The position numbers and the translations under genes were made by a program. From contig CAWHZQ010000013.1 in assembly GCA_963833905.1 (NCBI GenBank), positions 13,902 to 77,901 on the forward strand: a stretch of DNA of 64,000 bases. The letters run 5' to 3'. Numbering within the stretch: the first letter of the stretch is position 1; each line of letters begins with the position of its first letter. Shown here piece after piece: positions 55,207 through 64,000 of this stretch. The stretch is from an uncultured Gemmatimonadales bacterium (GTDB lineage: Bacteria > Gemmatimonadota > Gemmatimonadetes > Gemmatimonadales > GWC2-71-9). Below the pieces are notes generated by a model, which was not told the DNA's origin, did not search any database, and saw only the letters and a list, made by a program, of their open reading frames with translations.

Positions 55207-56502
55207 ATGCCCCCCTGCATCGGTCTCCTGCTGCTCGCGCTGCTCGCGAGCCTGCCCGCCCACGCCTCCGCGCAGTCCGATCCCGTCGTCGCCTCGCGCG
55301 CCGCCTATCAGGAGGCCGTCCAGGCCTACAAGGCGCACGATTTCCCGGCCTTCCTGCGCCACGCCAAGGAGGCCGAGCGGCTTCGGCCGGCGCACGGCGG
55401 GGTCGTCTATGGGCTCGCCTGCGCCTACGCGCTGACGGGCGACACGGCCGCCGCCCTTGCCACCCTTCAGCACTTCGCCGCCCTCGGCCACACGGCCGAC
55501 CTCGACGCCGACGCCGACCTCACGAGCATCCGTGCCCTCCCCGCCTTCGACAGCCTGCGCCAGGCGATGCGGCGCAACGCGGCGCCCCTCGTCCGCTCGA
55601 CGCCGGCGTTCACCCTGGCGGAGCGGGATCTCCTCACCGAGGGCATCGCGTACGATCCGAAGACCCGGTCGTTCTTCGTCGGCAGCGTCCATCAGGGCAA
55701 GATCCTGCGGGTGGACGGCCGCGGACGCGCTAGCGGAGTTCGTGCCTCCGGGACTGAAGGGATTCTGGGCGCCGCTCGGCATGCGGGTGGATGCCGCGCG
55801 CCGGGTGCTCTGGGTGGCTGGGGCCGCCTTGCCGCAGACGGTCGGCTACGACTCGGCCGACGCGGGCCGGTCCGGCCTGTTCCGGTTCGATCTCGCCTCC
55901 GGCGCCCTCACCGGACGCTTCCCGCTCCCGGCCGACGGCCAGCCGCATACGCTCGGCGATGTCACCATCGCGCGGAACGGCGATGTCTACTCGACCGACA
56001 GCCGGGGGCCGGCGGTCTACCGCGTTCGCGCAGGATCCGATTCGATCGAGCAGTTCGCGACGTCCCCCCTGCTCCTCTCCGCGCAAGGGCTCGCGCTGGA
56101 CGCCGAGGAGCGCACGCTGTACGTGGCGGACTATTCGCGGGGCATCCTCCGGATCGATCTCGCCACCCGCGCGGTCCGCCTGCTGGAGACGGCGGACGAC
56201 GTGCTGGCGCTCGGCATCGACGGACTCTATCTGGTGAAGGGAAGCCTCGTCGGGCATCCAGAACGGCGTCGAGCCGCACCGCGTGGTCCGGCTGCGCCTG
56301 GACGCAAGAGGCGACCGCGTGGAGCACAGCGAGGTGCTCGAGCGCGCCCGTCCCGACTACGCCGAGCCGACGCTCGGCGTGGTGGTGGGCCGCGACCTGT
56401 ATTTACGTAGCGGCCAGTCAGTGGGAGCGGTTCCGGGAGGACGGCACCATCGATGCTCCCGACACGCTGCGGCCGCCGCTGGTGCTGCGCCTGCGGCTTT
56501 GA
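55207..56502 (+). CDS. secreted TPR-like plus beta-propeller (SMP-30/gluconolactonase/NHL-like) protein, with three apparent frameshifts (~55725, ~56255, ~56405)
   Basis: Signal peptide MPPCIGLLLLALLASLPAHASA. EGIAYDPKTRSFFVGSVHQGKILRVD. Later pieces GDVTIARNGDVYSTDSRGPAVYRV and LYVADYSRGILRIDL. Confidence 0.5.
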   Translation: MPPCIGLLLLALLASLPAHASAQSDPVVASRAAYQEAVQAYKAHDFPAFLRHAKEAERLRPAHGGVVYGLACAYALTGDTAAALATLQHFAALGHTADLDADADLTSIRALPAFDSLRQAMRRNAAPLVRSTPAFTLAERDLLTEGIAYDPKTRSFFVGSVHQGKILRVDGRGRASGVRASGTEGILGAARHAGGCRAPGALGGWGRLAADGRLRLGRRGPVRPVPVRSRLRRPHRTLPAPGRRPAAYARRCHHRAERRCLLDRQPGAGGLPRSRRIRFDRAVRDVPPAPLRARARAGRRGAHAVRGGLFAGHPPDRSRHPRGPPAGDGGRRAGARHRRTLSGEGKPRRASRTASSRTAWSGCAWTQEATAWSTARCSSAPVPTTPSRRSAWWWAATCIYVAASQWERFREDGTIDAPDTLRPPLVLRLRL

Positions 56503-56538
56503 CTCGCCCGCGGGGCGGAATTAGGTTGCCGCCACGCC

Positions 56539-56991
56539 ATGCACCTCGCCGACTTCTATTCGCCGGACACCATTTCGGTCGACCTCCAGGGCCGCGGCAA
56601 GGACGAGATCCTCGCGGAGCTCGTCGGTCTGCTGCAGCTCGACGAGCGTTCGACCGACACGCTGCTTCGCATCCTGCAGCGCCGCGAGACGCTGGGCTCG
56701 ACCGGCGTGGGCCGGGGAATCGCGATTCCCCACTGCCGCTCCCTGGTCGTCAACCGCGTCCGCCTGGCCTACGGGCACCACAAGCAGGGCGTGGAGTACC
56801 AGGCTATCGACAACCGCCCGGTTTTCGATTTCTTTCTGATCGTGGCCCCGCCTCTCGAGGTCTCGAATCAGTATCTCCCGATCCTGGGCAAGATCGCGCA
56901 GTTCGCCAAAGACGCCGACATTCCGGAGCGGCTCGCCAGGCTCCAGACGGCGGATGACTTCCTCCGGTTGCTGGGAGAGAAGGGAGTGTAA
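56539..56991 (+). CDS. PTS EIIA(Ntr)-type regulatory protein, second paralogue in the window
   Basis: Intact 150-aa ORF: SPDTISVDLQGRGKDEILAEL...RRETLGSTGVGRGIAIPHCR...FFLIVAP. Confidence 0.75.
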   Translation: MHLADFYSPDTISVDLQGRGKDEILAELVGLLQLDERSTDTLLRILQRRETLGSTGVGRGIAIPHCRSLVVNRVRLAYGHHKQGVEYQAIDNRPVFDFFLIVAPPLEVSNQYLPILGKIAQFAKDADIPERLARLQTADDFLRLLGEKGV

Positions 56992-56994
56992 GCG

Positions 56995-59179
56995 GTGCGT
57001 TCGTGGTGCCCGGCCCTGCTGCTGCTCCTCCTCGCCTGCTCGCCGCTGCTCGGCCAGTCGGCCTCCGATCGCCCCGCCCTCGACCGCTTCCAGGATTCCC
57101 TTCTCGCCATCGATGACACCATCGCGTTGCGCACGCTCGGGCGCTCCCTCGCCCGGGAGCGGCCGCCGGATGCGCTGCGATCGCTCCGCGCCGCCTTCGC
57201 GTCCGCCCGCCTGACGGAGCTCGGCGTCGATCCGAGCGCCGGGGCGACGCGCGACGAGCTCCGCCGGCTGACCCGGCGGCAGCCGGACTGGCCCTACGCC
57301 TGGCACGCGCTCGCGCTGGCCGAGACCCGCCGAGCCGCGTGGGAGCGTGCCGATCCCGTGGCGCTCGGCAACCGCATCGGGACGGGTGCGCTCGAGCGGG
57401 CGCTCCAGCATGAGATCCGTGCCCTGGCGGCCGACCCCACCTATCTGCCGGCCGCGCTCACGCTCGCCGACCTCGCGCTCGACCTGCGCGACACCACGCT
57501 CTATGGCGGCGCGCTCGATGCGCTCCGCCAGGCCGAGCGCGCGCAGGCCCACCCGCCGGCCGCGCTGCTGCTGGCGCTTGGGCGCGTCGCCCGTGCCGCC
57601 GATGAGCCCGACGCGGCGGTCGCCGCGTTCGAGCAGGCCGCCGGTGCGGGCGGTGGCGAGACGATTCCCGTCGCCCGGCTGGAGCTCGCGCGGACGCGCC
57701 TCGCCCTCGGCGAAGCCGAGGGCGAGGCCGCGTACTTCGAGACGGCCGAGTCTGACGACTCGGCCGTCATCGCCGGCTACCGCGCCGACCTGGCGCCGAT
57801 CGCCGCAGATTCGGACCTCGCGCGGTTCGACGCCGCGCACGGCGCCGACCGCGCCGCATGGCTCCGCCGCTTCTGGACCGACCGCGACCACGCCGAGCTC
57901 CGCCACGACGGCGAGCGGCTCCACGAGCACTATCGCCGCCTGCTCTACGCCCGCCGGCGCTTCGCGCTCACCGTCTCGCGCCGGTTCTATGGCCGGCGGG
58001 ACGCGTACCGCAGCGGCAGCGAGGAGCTCGACGACCGCGGCGTGATCTACGTGCGCCACGGCGAGCCGCGGACCCGGCTGCGGCCCTTCGTGTTCGGGCT
58101 CATGCCGAACGAAACCTGGCGCTACGACCGCGCCGACGGCGACCTCCTGTTCCACTTCAGCGCCGGCTACGACGATGCCGGCGGCGGCGACCTCTACGAC
58201 TATCGACTCGTGGAAAGCGTGCTCGATCTGCACGGCGCGTCCGACGCCCCGATCGACCAGCTGCTGCTCTCGCGCGAGACCCTCTCGCCGCTCTACGGCC
58301 GCATGCTCAACTGGGGCCCCAACGGCGCCGCGCGCGCCGAGGGCCGCGAGCGCGCCATCGGCCGGGTGAGCATCGACTACGGAACGACGACGGACAGCTA
58401 CGAGCTGCAGTTCGCCCGCCGGCTCACGGCGACCGCCAACCTGATCGCCGTCGGGGAACGGAACGGCGTGCCGCTCGCGCACTTCGTGTTCGGCATCGGG
58501 CCGGCGGAGACCACGCCGGCAGAGGGCGCGGAGGGCGTGAGCTATCCGGTCCGCGTGCGCGTGGTGGTGCTCGACGGCGCCGAGCACACCGTGGCGAACA
58601 TCGACACAGCGCTCGTCTTCCGGCTCGAGCGCCCGCTCGGACGGGGGCAGTATCTCATCGGGCGTGCGGAGCTGCCGCTTCCTGCCGGACGCTGGAGCTG
58701 GCGCGCGGCCATCGAGCAGGGGGACTCCGCCGGCGTCGTCCTGCCCCGCGATACGGTGCGCGCCGCCGCCCTGGGCCCGGCCCTCGCATTGAGCGACCTG
58801 GCGCTCGGCGTGGACGCGGCCAGCGCCACCTGGCTGCCGCCCGGCGGCGAGCCCGTCCTGCTCACGCCGTTCGATCTCTTTCCCGTGCGGAGCGAGCTCA
58901 GGCTCTACTACGAGGCCGCCGGCGCGGTCGCCGGTGCCGGCTATCGCCACGAGATCGCGGTATTCCGGATGAAGGGCGATCCCGCCACACCCGACCGCCG
59001 GCCGGCCGTCACGCTGAGCGTGGACGAGCGCGCGGCGGGACACGGTGATCCGGGCCCACCGGACGCTGCGCCTGCGGGATCTGAAGGCGGGGAGCTACAT
59101 GATCGAGGTGCGCGTGCGCGGCCCCGGCGGCAGCGAAGACGTACGCCGGCGCGCCTTCCAGGTGGTCAAACCGAAATAG
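56995..59179 (+). CDS. secreted GWxTD-family domain protein with a TPR-like N-terminal region, with an apparent frameshift near 59040
   Basis: Signal peptide. RRFWTDRDH...HYRRLLYARRRF...LDDRGVIYVRHGEP...NETWRY pattern. The last ~45 aa are in the +1 frame (...SYMIEVRVRGPGG...FQVVKPK, then TAG at 59177-59179). Confidence 0.5.
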
Positions 59180-59668
59180 CGGCCGTCGACTTCTCCAACT
59201 GTGCGAGGTGCGACTCGAGCTCGGCATCCATCAGCTTTCGGAGCTCGATCAGGCGGAGCGCGTAGGCCTGGAGCGCACGGTCGGTGTCGCTGACGGGCGT
59301 CCACGCCGGGACCGGCTGTGGACGCCCGGTCTCGTTGAGCGACACGAACACGATCACGCAGTGGCCCGTCCGTTGGAGGTCGGGCAGCTTCGGATCCCGC
59401 GCGTAGATGTCGATGGCGATGTGGAGGCTGGTCCGGCCGGTGTGAATGACCAGCGCGCGGAGCTCGACGAGGTCGCCGACCCGGATGGGCCGGATGAAGT
59501 GCAGGCCGCCCACGTACAGCGTGACGCAGTACCCGCCGGTCCACCCGGCCGCGCAGGTGTAGCCCGCCTGGTCGATCCACTTCATGACGGCCCCGCCGTG
59601 CACCTTGCCGCCGAAATTGACGTGCGAAGGCTCGGCCAGAAACCGGAGGGTGACCGCGCGCGGTCGGC

Positions 59669-59672
<4 letters not shown>
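59166..59672 (-). CDS. acyl-CoA thioesterase (hotdog fold, YciA-like)
   Basis: [27 protein letters not shown]...[12 protein letters not shown]. The second ATG (59672) forms an ATGA overlap with the guaA stop. The ORF-track start is 59678. Confidence 0.8.
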
Positions 59673-63964
<4,292 letters not shown>

Positions 63965-64000
63965 TCGTGCTCCTCTACCGGTTGCGCTTCGCATTGCCGC

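Overview
Very GC-rich (roughly 70% by eye, not computed) bacterial chromosomal segment. It is almost wholly coding: about 60 protein genes plus one tmRNA. Housekeeping functions dominate: aspS and proS; purine synthesis (purB-C-S-Q-L-F, purE-K, guaA); tryptophan synthesis (trpD, trpC-F-B, trpA); panB, panC and folK; psd and pssA; ppc, ppdK, lexA and ssrA. I saw no transposase, integrase, CRISPR array, rRNA or tRNA gene, so this reads as a core-genome region rather than a defence or mobile island. Five points deserve a second look. (1) A serine-cycle-type cluster: sga, mcl, a SucCD-like pair that is probably malate thiokinase, a hydroxypyruvate reductase and ppc, with a divergent glycerate kinase. 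(2) Signalling genes (a HEAT-repeat protein, an HD-GYP protein and a 7TM-GAF-MCP protein) sit inside the trp gene chain with overlapping start and stop codons. (3) 4-nt NTGA start/stop overlaps occur at more than 20 gene junctions and build 13-14 kb gene chains on both strands. (4) About 40 apparent 1-nt frameshifts interrupt otherwise well-conserved, often essential genes; consensus or assembly indel errors are the simplest explanation. (5) There is a small palindromic REP/MITE-like repeat family, and an unusual inverted repeat built from octamers lies upstream of ssrA. The lineage guess (Gemmatimonadota-like) is only an impression from gene content. Many internal start coordinates were derived by counting residues in the supplied ORF track and are approximate where frameshifts intervene.
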